Shown here: piece after piece, positions 18,345 to 27,394 of the stretch
How positions within the stretch are numbered: the stretch's first letter is position 1
Layout of the letters: the number at the start of each line of letters is the position of its first letter
Source of the DNA: a virus
Taxonomy: Duplodnaviria > Caudoviricetes
Virus record (IMG/VR): IMGVR_UViG_3300034091_000652
Coordinates: 1-52,178 of that record
Strand: one strand, 5' to 3'
Length of the DNA stretch: 52,178 nt
The notes under the pieces: model-generated
The model's database searches: none
What the model was told of the DNA's origin: nothing
Seen by the model: the letters and a program-made list of their open reading frames with translations, nothing else
Position numbers and translations under genes: made by a program

Positions 18345-21013
18345 TATGCCAATAACCCCCCTGCCCTTTTCTGATCATTCAGAATGCCGATTACCGATAC
18401 CTTTATGAGATCCCCGAGCTGGGCAGCAGTCGCTGCATCTGGCGCTTTGTTTCCATCCCCGCTTATTGAAACGGGAACATTAACATTGTTAACCACTCCT
18501 CCGCTTGTACTGAAAGAACCGTTCGGAATGATGGTCCCATTGGAGCTTGGCATGAATAGTTCTGGTCCTTGTTCACCGACAAGATAAGGAGCGGTGACAG
18601 AGCCCGATACTGACCCTCCATCAGCGCATGCGGCAGTGATTCCGGGAATGGTTGCAGCTAGAGTTCCTCCAGTTCCGACCGATGAACCTCCAAATAGTCC
18701 CATGAGGCCAGAGAATATATTTCCGGATCCACCCGACCCGCCACTCATAAGTGAAGCAAGAGGACCGGTGATCTCTTGCTGGACAACTATCCTGATCATG
18801 TCTGCAATGATGCTGTCGGCAAGAGATTTAAAATTGATCTTCCCAGTCATCACAAAATTGGTGAGAGCATCCTCCATCCCCTTAAACATGGTTGACCCGA
18901 GGCTGCTTGTTTGTTTGCCTAAATCAGTTGCATTTTTGACATAATCCTGGAGGCTTGATTTAAACCCTCCCGCGGCAGTCGTATTGGAATAAATCTTGTT
19001 TTGCTCGAGGAGTTGGTTATTGATGCCGGTGATCTTGTCTTGTGATTCCTGTCGCAATGCGTTTGCTTCAGGGTCACTCCCCTTTATCGCGTCATATATC
19101 GATTTCTGCGCCGTGAGTTCCTGCTTAAGGAGTTCAATCCTCTGCAGCGCCGCCTCTCCTGTGGTGAGATCGTAATATTTCTCAGCTATATCTATTAGAG
19201 ACTTCTGATTACTTATTTGCCCGATCGTGAAAGCTGCTTCCTGAGTAGCTCCCTTTAGAGCTGCATCGGCAATCTTCTTTTGCTCCATTTCCTCTTTAGC
19301 CCAATAAGCATCCATTGCCTCTTCGCTGCCCTTCATGGCGTTGGCAATCAGCTGCTGATTCTGAACACTCGATTCATCAAGTTTTTTCCGGATGGACGCT
19401 GCTTCTTCATAATCACCGTTCATTTCTGCCAACTGGGCCTGTATCTCCTGGTAGCCGCGGAGCTGGTCCGTGATCGCCTTTACTGCCTCATCATCATTCT
19501 TGACACGTGCGAGTGCCAGTTTGCTTTCTGCTTCAGTTACTGCCTTGGCCGCCTGCTCCTGCTTCAGGAGCGCCTCATGATAAGCAAGAGCATTCTGGCT
19601 ATCGTTCTTGCTCTTGTCCGGCTTGAATCCTTTAACCTCGCTTGTCCGATCGGCAAGATCCTTCTTCTTGGCTGTCACCTCGGCCGAGAGCTCCTGCTCA
19701 ACGAGTCTCTTTTTTGTGTCGAGGTATGTCTTTAGATCAGTCAACCCGAGTTCATAATTGTTCTTGTTGATTTCCAGCTCCATATCGGAAGCAGCTTTGA
19801 CAATCGCTGCTTTTTCTTCTGCGAAAGCTTTTTCATATTGGAGATATTCTCTGTGAGCGGCTGTCCAATCATCCTTGGCTTTACTTTTCCCGAGGGTGGC
19901 TGGATCAATCTGGGAACCCGTAGGGGCGGCTGATGTTTTCGGTTTGATCATGTTCCCATTTTCGTCAAGCCCAACTTCTAGGTAAGCCATTTTCTGAAGC
20001 ATTTTTTCTTTATCTTGGAAAAGCTTTTCATAGTCCATGTTCTTCTTAGCAGCTTCGTCAAACTCTTCTTTGGAGCCGAAAAGAGTGGCCAAAATCGGAT
20101 GATCTTTCCTTGTTATGTTCATCGCAGAGCCGAGGCCTGCGCCAATCATATCAAGCTGAGTCTTGGCTCCTCCCAGCGTATCCATTAGACCGGCCAGACG
20201 GGTGACCTCGGCTTCCGCACTATGAAGGCCATGGATAAAACCATCCATCATCGCTTCGCCGTGCTCGGTAAACCAGGAAGCAAGTTTTACGAGTTCCGGC
20301 ATTAATGCGCTGCCCACCTGGATTGCAAACGATTCCATGGTGAGGTGCAACTCATTCATAGCCTTCTTGTATGCGAGGCTCTTCTCGACACCTTCAGGGC
20401 CAACGATCAGATGAAGACGCTCGGCAGTATCCTGAGCTTCTTTCATTTCCTGAGGAGTTAGCCTTAGGATCTGCTGCAACTCTTTCCAGGAACGCCCATA
20501 AAGAGTCATGGCCATGACGTTGCGATCGGCTCCGGATTTTGTCTCGAGGAGTTTCTGATTGACGTTCGCCATGATCTGCGGCATGGGGAGGAGGTTGCCG
20601 TGAGCATCCTTGACGGTGATCCCGAATTGGTCAAACTTCTGGGTACCGGTGGAGAGAGTGCGGGAGAGTTTTAATGCGGCTGATTCTGCGGTATCGTTTG
20701 AAATGCCAAGGCCATGGAGAGCAACTGCGAGGACTGAAGCCTGCTCTGTGGACGTCCCCATTGTATTCGCCATTTTCATGGCTTCAAGGTTCCAATTTTC
20801 GGCGGAACTTACTAATTCTTTGAACGCGGCGCCGGCGGCTACTCCGGCGATCCCGGTCCCGATCTTTTCAATTACACCCTGGACGCCTTCAAAGGCCTCG
20901 GTCATCGAAACGGCGGTTTCCTGGGCTTGTTTAGACGCTTTGCCCATGTCGCTTTGGAATCTTGCGATGTCAGCTGAGAGGCTAACTACAAGATCTCCAA
21001 GTTGTCCGCTCAT
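18344..21013 (-). CDS. Tail tape measure protein
   Basis: 889 aa, helical; LGDLVVSLSAD N terminus; lambda-type MEDALTNFVMTGKINFKSLADSII and YLVGEQGPELF C terminus. Confidence 0.93.
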   Translation of the reverse strand: MSGQLGDLVVSLSADIARFQSDMGKASKQAQETAVSMTEAFEGVQGVIEKIGTGIAGVAAGAAFKELVSSAENWNLEAMKMANTMGTSTEQASVLAVALHGLGISNDTAESAALKLSRTLSTGTQKFDQFGITVKDAHGNLLPMPQIMANVNQKLLETKSGADRNVMAMTLYGRSWKELQQILRLTPQEMKEAQDTAERLHLIVGPEGVEKSLAYKKAMNELHLTMESFAIQVGSALMPELVKLASWFTEHGEAMMDGFIHGLHSAEAEVTRLAGLMDTLGGAKTQLDMIGAGLGSAMNITRKDHPILATLFGSKEEFDEAAKKNMDYEKLFQDKEKMLQKMAYLEVGLDENGNMIKPKTSAAPTGSQIDPATLGKSKAKDDWTAAHREYLQYEKAFAEEKAAIVKAASDMELEINKNNYELGLTDLKTYLDTKKRLVEQELSAEVTAKKKDLADRTSEVKGFKPDKSKNDSQNALAYHEALLKQEQAAKAVTEAESKLALARVKNDDEAVKAITDQLRGYQEIQAQLAEMNGDYEEAASIRKKLDESSVQNQQLIANAMKGSEEAMDAYWAKEEMEQKKIADAALKGATQEAAFTIGQISNQKSLIDIAEKYYDLTTGEAALQRIELLKQELTAQKSIYDAIKGSDPEANALRQESQDKITGINNQLLEQNKIYSNTTAAGGFKSSLQDYVKNATDLGKQTSSLGSTMFKGMEDALTNFVMTGKINFKSLADSIIADMIRIVVQQEITGPLASLMSGGSGGSGNIFSGLMGLFGGSSVGTGGTLAATIPGITAACADGGSVSGSVTAPYLVGEQGPELFMPSSNGTIIPNGSFSTSGGVVNNVNVPVSISGDGNKAPDAATAAQLGDLIKVSVIGILNDQKRAGGLLA

Positions 21014-21016
21014 AGC

Positions 21017-21364
21017 CTACCTCTTAATCCCAAAAAGTTCACTTGCAATGCGCTTCGAGAGCTGCTCCGGAGTTTCAACCACTTCTGGTTCTTCTGGAAT
21101 TTCAATGAAATCCATGAAATCAATTGGTTTAAATGGGTCGGGCTTCTTGTCTGGGTTTCTATTGATATTGGCCAGGAGAGCCTGAAGTTTCCCGCTGCGG
21201 AATTCCTCCCTGAATTCTCCGAATGGCTCGATGGATGCAAAGGCCATCCATTCAGAAAGTTGGCTGCTGCTCATTGTTGCAAGCAGATGATCAGGATGAG
21301 CAAAGCCCAGCGCTAAGGCTAGTCGGAAAGCGAAGATTCGCTCAGGCCGGGCTCGGAGTTTTTT
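21017..21364 (-). CDS. Tail assembly chaperone T portion (expressed as a G-T fusion by -1 frameshift)
   Basis: The -1 frame after the slippery site reads KLRARPERIFAFRLALALGFAHPDHLLATMSSSQLSEWMAF and continues into ORF 21017-21274. Confidence 0.85.
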   Translation of the reverse strand, partial: KKLRARPERIFAFRLALALGFAHPDHLLATMSSSQLSEWMAFASIEPFGEFREEFRSGKLQALLANINRNPDKKPDPFKPIDFMDFIEIPEEPEVVETPEQLSKRIASELFGIKR

Positions 21365-21756
21365 ACATCACCCTGGGTGGGACCATCTAATTTATTGAGC
21401 TCAGCAACCACCTTAAAAAGTCTCTGGAGAACTTTTGTTGATTTACCCCCTAGCATCTCTGCGTCGTCATCGGTGAAAATGCGTTTCCCTTCCTCATCGA
21501 CAATGCATCTGACCAGGACCCGGGCCGCATAATTGACCATGGCATCGGTCCCCATTTTGGGGACCTGAGTTGGTTTGCCATCCTTCCCCGGGGGGCCATC
21601 AACGAATTCAATCTGACGCTCAGTATTGAAACGATCACGATCCAGCGCACTCATCTCCTGGAGGATTACCTGTGCGCCTTCTCCCCATTCGGGGACATCA
21701 ACGGTTTCACGGCGTCGATCAGGAGCTGCAAGAATTGCTGTTTTATCAAGTATCAC
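21319..21756 (-). CDS. Tail assembly chaperone G
   Basis: ETVDVPEWG...CIVDEEGKRIF; lies between the tail tube and tape measure genes. Confidence 0.88.
   Translation of the reverse strand: MILDKTAILAAPDRRRETVDVPEWGEGAQVILQEMSALDRDRFNTERQIEFVDGPPGKDGKPTQVPKMGTDAMVNYAARVLVRCIVDEEGKRIFTDDDAEMLGGKSTKVLQRLFKVVAELNKLDGPTQGDVKNSEPGLSESSLSD
21358..21364 (-). promoter_or_regulatory. Programmed -1 ribosomal frameshift site A AAA AAC
   Basis: GTA AAA AAC in the G frame gives an X XXY YYZ heptamer; the -1 frame is open into T. Confidence 0.85.
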
Positions 21757-21797
21757 GTTATCTCCTTAGAATTTAGATACAAGATCCGGGCAAGTTG

Positions 21798-22445
21798 TTA
21801 GGTCGGGGCAAACGTAACGGCTCCCGTGATGCGGAGCTTGAAATCGCCCATGAGGATTCCATTGACCGCACCTTCAGGAACTTCCGGCCATTGGTTAATA
21901 TATCCCGCGAAAGTAAAAGTGTTGGTGTTTGGAGCGATGATCTTGAACTGCATTGTCGAAGATGCCACAAAGGCGGCTTGGCACGCAGCCTGGCCCGGAT
22001 CGGCAGCGACATATGCCACCGTCATGGAAAGATCGCCGTTGTCGACGAGGCCAGGGACATATTCAGCCGCAACACTGGAAAGGTTCGTGACCTCGATATC
22101 CTTTACCTTGGCGCCGGCAGGTTTGAAATCCTTTATCTCATTGATTTGGACCCAGGAGGTTGGGGTCGCTGTTCCTGCGCTGCCGTAGGCGGTAAAGGCT
22201 CGGGTATCGAGATTCACCACAAATTCGTTGGTTGTTGCAGCGATAACGTTGGCAGTAAGCCCGTTGATCTGAGTCATTCCGACGACTGAAGCAAATGTTA
22301 CTTGGTCGCCGGGCAATAGGCCATGGGCTGAGCTCGTGACGTCCGCGCAATAAGCTTGAGAAATGTTTGTGATGGTTTTGGCCCCGGAGGTGCCGGAGCC
22401 GATCCAAATGGTACTTCCTTGGGCGGAGATTGCTTTACTTGACAT
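21798..22445 (-). CDS. Major tail tube protein
   Basis: AISAQGSTIWI...IEVTNLSS...EYVPGLVDNG...FAGYI; position in the tail module. Confidence 0.88.
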   Translation of the reverse strand: MSSKAISAQGSTIWIGSGTSGAKTITNISQAYCADVTSSAHGLLPGDQVTFASVVGMTQINGLTANVIAATTNEFVVNLDTRAFTAYGSAGTATPTSWVQINEIKDFKPAGAKVKDIEVTNLSSVAAEYVPGLVDNGDLSMTVAYVAADPGQAACQAAFVASSTMQFKIIAPNTNTFTFAGYINQWPEVPEGAVNGILMGDFKLRITGAVTFAPT

Positions 22446-22517
22446 GATGAAACTCCTTTCGCTCCTGTCTCCCGACGGTGCATTTGAGTTGTTATACCCA
22501 ACGTTCGTTATTCATGC

Positions 22518-22859
22518 TTAACTCCAAACGCTGAAATCTACACTTTCCCTGAAGGTTTTAACTTCCTCGTCATAAAGATCGCGGAATGAAAGCTGTAAAC
22601 AAGTGAAACTTGCTCCTTCCATAGCGGCTTGCACTGTTCCCAATAATGTCTTCACGCTGGAGTATGTGACATCATATATATCAACCTGGACGCGCCGGTT
22701 AGTGATCCCCATATCCCCCGACAGTGAATTCTCATTGACGGCCGAGATCACCTGATAAGTAATATAAGGTTTAATGTGAGAATCCGGAGCGACAAGAGGA
22801 TAGCATCGGCCAGATACCAGAGGCCCAAGAACCGCCTGGATGCTCTCTTCGATCGTCAT
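22518..22859 (-). CDS. Tail terminator (DUF3168-like)
   Basis: GRCYPLVAP...PYITYQVIS...RVQVDIY; synteny. Confidence 0.82.
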   Translation of the reverse strand: MTIEESIQAVLGPLVSGRCYPLVAPDSHIKPYITYQVISAVNENSLSGDMGITNRRVQVDIYDVTYSSVKTLLGTVQAAMEGASFTCLQLSFRDLYDEEVKTFRESVDFSVWS

Positions 22860-22865
22860 TGTCGT

Positions 22866-23336
22866 TTACCCACCATTCTTTTCCGCCTCTTTCTCGATCC
22901 TCTGAGCCAGGTAATCTCTGATTGCTTCTACTGCATCCATTTTCTTCGTGTCAAAACCTGGGCGCATAAAGGGATGTGCTGCCATCTTCTCAGTCCCGAA
23001 TTCAACAAACTTCCAATAGTAGAGGTTGCGCTGCACGTATACCCAATAAGTAATCGGAACATCCCTTGACTTCCGCGGTGCCATCCTTACACGGATTCCC
23101 TTCTTGAGGGTCCCGGGGGCAATCCATGTCCCAAGTCTACCCTTCCCTGATTTCAAGAGGTGGGCCTCGGCAGATTCGGGACAAATTTGTTTCGCCTCTT
23201 TCTGAATGACTACCGCCCCAGCCCTGATTGCACTTCCCAGAATATTCTTTGCAATCCTGTCAGTGAATTGCTCGAGTTTTTTCTCAAGATCAGACAGACC
23301 GGTTATCGTAATTGTCCCTGAGAGAATGTCTGGCAT
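22866..23336 (-). CDS. HK97 gp10-like tail completion protein
   Basis: ITGLSDLEKKL...YYWKFVEFGTEKMAAHPFMRPGF. Confidence 0.88.
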   Translation of the reverse strand: MPDILSGTITITGLSDLEKKLEQFTDRIAKNILGSAIRAGAVVIQKEAKQICPESAEAHLLKSGKGRLGTWIAPGTLKKGIRVRMAPRKSRDVPITYWVYVQRNLYYWKFVEFGTEKMAAHPFMRPGFDTKKMDAVEAIRDYLAQRIEKEAEKNGG

Positions 23337-23341
23337 AAGAA

Positions 23342-23692
23342 TTAATGGTCCGCAAGGCCAATTGCACACATTAGCTGCATCTCCCGATGTCTCATTTCAA
23401 CATCGATAACTGTCTTGATATCATAAAAACCACCTTCGTCTGACACTGCCCTAAGCCCCGAAACGACTCCAACAGAAGGCGTGATAACTGCAGGATTGTA
23501 GCGTATAGTGATGCGAGTGGTGACCTCTCTCTGTGCTGCTTGGGCAGCGAATAATTCGCGGCCATTCAATGGTTCGATAGCCGCAAATACGGTTATTAAA
23601 TCTGACCAGGTTTCAACCTGTTGGCCAAAAGTATCCTGGGAAGTCCCTCGGGATTGAATCTTTACCCTATGTCTAAGTTCGCCCGCTTTCAC
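23342..23692 (-). CDS. Head-tail adaptor / head closure protein (SPP1 gp16-like)
   Basis: MKAGELRHRVKIQ...AAIEPLNGRE...RITIRY. Confidence 0.9.
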   Translation of the reverse strand: MKAGELRHRVKIQSRGTSQDTFGQQVETWSDLITVFAAIEPLNGRELFAAQAAQREVTTRITIRYNPAVITPSVGVVSGLRAVSDEGGFYDIKTVIDVEMRHREMQLMCAIGLADH

Positions 23693-24435
23693 CAGCCATA
23701 TATCCTATAGCTTGCGAGGAGGCTATCCGCCATTGTCTCAACGTCGACCGAGGCTGCCCTGAGATCGATCCTCAATGTTTCGCGGGTCTCATAGAGGTTG
23801 GCAACATTCAAGAGCATCCACTGTCTTATCGCAGCCGGGATAGCCGGGGCAATCGGCGTGCTTACCACTTGCCAGTTTAAAACTGTTGTCGGCACTGTGC
23901 CGGCTGTTGTTGCTTCGATGCAAATATATAATGCCCCGAGATAAACAACATAAGCTCCAGCCACATATGCTACTGTCGGGTCAAAATAGCTGTAAGCAGG
24001 AGTGTAACCACATGTGAAATTGATCGTGACTGTAGCGATATCCTGCGCGGTTTCGGGCCAGTATGTATATATAATCGGGATCACCCTGGCCGGCTCATTC
24101 CCCATATCTGGGATCACTCGATATGCGGATGGATCGAGAGTTTGCAAAGTATCTGTGGTATCCAGATAAGTGATGGAGTCCAGAGAGATCAGTGGAGGTT
24201 TGGGGATCTCCAGCGGCTTTCTTCCCCAGGGGAACTTGTCTAGCACCATAGACCATTGCTGCGGGAGTAAAGCGCGCCTGGTCACATCCTCTGCTTTGCC
24301 GCGGATCGCCGATATGAACCCTTCGACAACTGATGTCTGGTCGGCAAGATATTCAGGATCAACCCGAATCTGCCCACAAACATCTGAGATCGTAAGCGGT
24401 TCATAAACCGGAGGAGTGATAAGCGATAGGCTCAT
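23689..24435 (-). CDS. Head-tail connector (gp6-like) with an inserted CBM-like module
   Basis: ITPPVYEPLT...TRRALLPQQW...IPAAIRQWMLLNVANLYETRE. Confidence 0.85.
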   Translation of the reverse strand: MSLSLITPPVYEPLTISDVCGQIRVDPEYLADQTSVVEGFISAIRGKAEDVTRRALLPQQWSMVLDKFPWGRKPLEIPKPPLISLDSITYLDTTDTLQTLDPSAYRVIPDMGNEPARVIPIIYTYWPETAQDIATVTINFTCGYTPAYSYFDPTVAYVAGAYVVYLGALYICIEATTAGTVPTTVLNWQVVSTPIAPAIPAAIRQWMLLNVANLYETRETLRIDLRAASVDVETMADSLLASYRIYGW

Positions 24436-24827
24436 TGGAAGATCCCATATCCCGTAACAGGTGTTGCAGAGGAATATGCTCGCTGACAAACACTCGTAAT
24501 ATTGGGATATCTGGCCACCGGCGAATTCATCCACTGGAAAAACTTATCCGAAATCGGATATGTCATTGATTCATTACCGTTATAAAACATTTTGAACCCG
24601 ATAGTCGCACCGTTAGTAGTTGATGTCGCAACTACCCTAAGTTCCCAGCTGAGACGGCCGAGGGTTGAAAAGCATTTAAAGCCCTTTGTTCCGAGAGATG
24701 CGCTCCGGATCGTGTTAAATGCTCCTCCCTGTATCTTTTGCCCGTCAAAGTCTTTGCTTTGGATGGAATCGGAAATGGCCGGGACAGCGATTGCCAAGTA
24801 TAGGATTATGATCAATATTTTCATCAT
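24432..24827 (-). CDS. Hypothetical protein with a signal-peptide-like N terminus
   Basis: MMKILIIILYLAIAVPAIS-D; GGAG RBS; overlaps the next gene by 4 nt. Confidence 0.6.
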   Translation of the reverse strand: MMKILIIILYLAIAVPAISDSIQSKDFDGQKIQGGAFNTIRSASLGTKGFKCFSTLGRLSWELRVVATSTTNGATIGFKMFYNGNESMTYPISDKFFQWMNSPVARYPNITSVCQRAYSSATPVTGYGIFQ

Positions 24828-24925
24828 CGGATTTCTCCTCTGCTGTTTCGGATGGGTCTACCACCGCGCATTCATGTTTTTGCTGAATCGCCTTTTCCCT
24901 CGGTCCGACAATAGCTTTTTCGATT

Positions 24926-25120
24926 TTACTTCTTCGATTCAGCATCGTCTTTTGCCTTGGAACTTGCCGATTTTGCGGTCGGGAAAGGATCAAGGTTGAT
25001 TGCATGCATTGCATCAACTCTGGCCTTGGCCTCTTCCGGCTCGACATCCAGGATCTGCCCTTTAGACCAGTTCTTTTTTACGTCCGAACAGCAATTTGTT
25101 GTCAGCATTTTGATCTTCAT
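24926..25120 (-). CDS. Small head-region hypothetical protein
   Basis: GAGGA RBS; MKIKML...GQILDVEPEEAKARVDAMHA pattern common after capsid genes. Confidence 0.6.
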   Translation of the reverse strand: MKIKMLTTNCCSDVKKNWSKGQILDVEPEEAKARVDAMHAINLDPFPTAKSASSKAKDDAESKK

Positions 25121-25130
25121 GGCATTCCTC

Positions 25131-25544
25131 TTATGACGGGATAGTCGGGATGGTCCGGACGTTGGTTGACGTTACCTGGATAAATTCGGCAGATGATGCT
25201 GCAGCAACTGAAATTGCAGCGCTTGCCGACAGAGCATTGATGGTACCGGTCCCCTGCGGATAAACAGGACACGCAGCAGCGCTTGTATTGATGACCCATG
25301 TCACCTCACCGACAAGCATCGGAGGGAGAATGACTCCTTTGGTGGCATCGGCGCCAGTTACCGTGACGATATCAGAAGTGATGACGGCTGCGGTACTCTG
25401 GCTGTTCCCGGCGGCGGCCAATGTAGTAACGGCATGTGTTAAGTTACCGCCCTGCAGGATATTGAGTGTGCCCCCGATATTATCGACCGCACCACCCTGC
25501 TGTCGGTAGTTTTTGGTGTTGTTCGTTGTCATAGCTTCCTCCAT
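25131..25544 (-). CDS. Putative head decoration/fiber protein
   Basis: NTKNYRQQGG N terminus, Ala/Thr-rich beta-type sequence, downstream of the capsid gene; start could be MTTNN. Confidence 0.55.
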   Translation of the reverse strand: MEEAMTTNNTKNYRQQGGAVDNIGGTLNILQGGNLTHAVTTLAAAGNSQSTAAVITSDIVTVTGADATKGVILPPMLVGEVTWVINTSAAACPVYPQGTGTINALSASAAISVAAASSAEFIQVTSTNVRTIPTIPS

Positions 25545-25589
25545 ATAGGGAGGCCGAGGCCTCCCCTGGGTTTAATTGTGAAACAAATC

Positions 25590-26036
25590 TTAGGTTTCGG
25601 CCGGCGACTGGAAGAAGTTGGTCCCGATGACAGAAGCATCCTGGGTTGAAGGCTTGAATTTACCCCTGTATTGGATGGCAACGATTCCCAGTATCACAGC
25701 GTTCTGGGTCGCAGGTGCTATATTGCACTGGATAAACTCTTTGTTCGGCTGAAAAATATCTACCAAGATGCAACTCTGTGTCATTGCGGCCATTCCCGCA
25801 GTTACAGCGAGCGGGGTAGTGCTGGCAGGAATTCGCGCCATGCCTGAAGTAGCATTTGCGGTATTTTCCTGAGCATACACGTCAAGAGTCCCACCCGCGA
25901 TCAGGGTGCCAAGGCAGGCGATGAACATGACACCTTCATAATCCTGCATGTCAATGATGCTGGAGGTTCGCAGGGTGGTTCCAGCTGCGAAATACCCCAG
26001 GACCTGGGAAACTTTGCAATCTTTACTGAGATTCAT
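25590..26036 (-). CDS. Putative capsid accessory (cement-like) protein
   Basis: Directly after the capsid gene; IDMQDYEGVMF motif. Confidence 0.55.
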   Translation of the reverse strand: MNLSKDCKVSQVLGYFAAGTTLRTSSIIDMQDYEGVMFIACLGTLIAGGTLDVYAQENTANATSGMARIPASTTPLAVTAGMAAMTQSCILVDIFQPNKEFIQCNIAPATQNAVILGIVAIQYRGKFKPSTQDASVIGTNFFQSPAET

Positions 26037-26092
26037 AATATTGCTCCTTTTAAAGGCCCCTGAAATTAATCAGGGGCATCAAGAGTGATTGA

Positions 26093-27325
26093 TTAGGATT
26101 GGGAGAGCGCGATCCTTGTGAATGCCTCAGGAAGCACCGGCATAGCATCCGTCGAAAGGCGTCCGATAAAGCCGATCTCGCTGGTTGTTTGGTAAAGCTC
26201 ATTCAGCCGGATAAATTGGAGAGCCATCGAATCAGCGATCCAATAATGCGTGAAATCTGCAAACATGCCGATATAAGACCCGGCGGTGAATGTGTTGGGA
26301 GCATATTCGGACATGAGTAGCGGCCGGCCGAGGAGCATATCCGGCACATTCGGGGTATCGGAAAGGTTGAAGATATACTCCCCATCACCGGTTTTCAGCT
26401 GGGCAATCTGGGCGATTGCATTACGATGGAAGACCCATTTGGCCTTTGCCATGTATTGAGCCTTCAGATTGTATTTGGCGGCGATCAAGCCATCGGCGTT
26501 CAGAGTGGTTGTATTGCCGGTAGGCATGTAAATATCTTGGGTGGTGGGGATCCCGTCTGCGCTGGCGGTAAAAACGCCCAAGGGTTGAGATACGCCGTTA
26601 CCTGTGAGATACGCCTTTTCCATCGCCACACCGAATTTGTATGCAAGACGGTCCATGATGATGGCTTCGGGGTCAAGTGCGGCATTGAGCAGGAGTTTGA
26701 TACTGACCTTCACCAGTTTCGAAAGCATGTGGGGAGTCAGTTCACGTCTCCCGAAGGCGGTGCCAGCATCTTGAACTGTCGCCCCGATTTCTGAAGTCCA
26801 GGTCGGATCATCAACATCGGTTTCGAGGGATGGTGCACCGCAGCTTGCATTGTTAGCCAGCGGGATTACCGTAGCAAGGTCGCGGATGAAAACGAGGTTT
26901 TTGACGCGGACGATCAACTGATTGATGAATTCCATAGGCGCCAGAAGATAGCCACCCTGGGTGTCGCTGCCAGCGGTCAGGTCGCGTTTTTCTTCAGCCG
27001 ACAGGCTATAAGGGCCGTCAAGGATGACTTTGCGGAACGCCTGCATGCGCTTTTCGTCGTTCGGGTCCACCTGACTACCGGAGCGATTTTCCGGAGTCTC
27101 AACGTTGCGGAGCCCGGAAGCTGCCAGCTCGCGCTCGGCGTCCTGGACGCGCTCTTCCGTCTCGATCTCGGCCTTGATGTTGACGGCTTCCGTCATGAAC
27201 GCATCGACCTGTCTTTTTTCGTCCTCGGTTAGGGCCCTCTTCTCGGCATCCGCCTTGTCCAAAATGGCGCGGGCGTCGGCCACTGCTTTTCCGCGCTTAT
27301 CGCGCAGCTCTTTCAGATTCTTCAT
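26093..27325 (-). CDS. Major capsid protein, HK97 family
   Basis: N-terminal coiled-coil delta domain; GGYLLAP, AYLTGNG..QPLG, LLGRP, FADF. Confidence 0.95.
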   Translation of the reverse strand: MKNLKELRDKRGKAVADARAILDKADAEKRALTEDEKRQVDAFMTEAVNIKAEIETEERVQDAERELAASGLRNVETPENRSGSQVDPNDEKRMQAFRKVILDGPYSLSAEEKRDLTAGSDTQGGYLLAPMEFINQLIVRVKNLVFIRDLATVIPLANNASCGAPSLETDVDDPTWTSEIGATVQDAGTAFGRRELTPHMLSKLVKVSIKLLLNAALDPEAIIMDRLAYKFGVAMEKAYLTGNGVSQPLGVFTASADGIPTTQDIYMPTGNTTTLNADGLIAAKYNLKAQYMAKAKWVFHRNAIAQIAQLKTGDGEYIFNLSDTPNVPDMLLGRPLLMSEYAPNTFTAGSYIGMFADFTHYWIADSMALQFIRLNELYQTTSEIGFIGRLSTDAMPVLPEAFTRIALSQS

Positions 27326-27394
27326 TGTGTAGCTCCTTTCGCTCCGGCCTCACGGCGGTGCATTGTTCCGGAACGTCTCGCGACGTGCCCTTGG

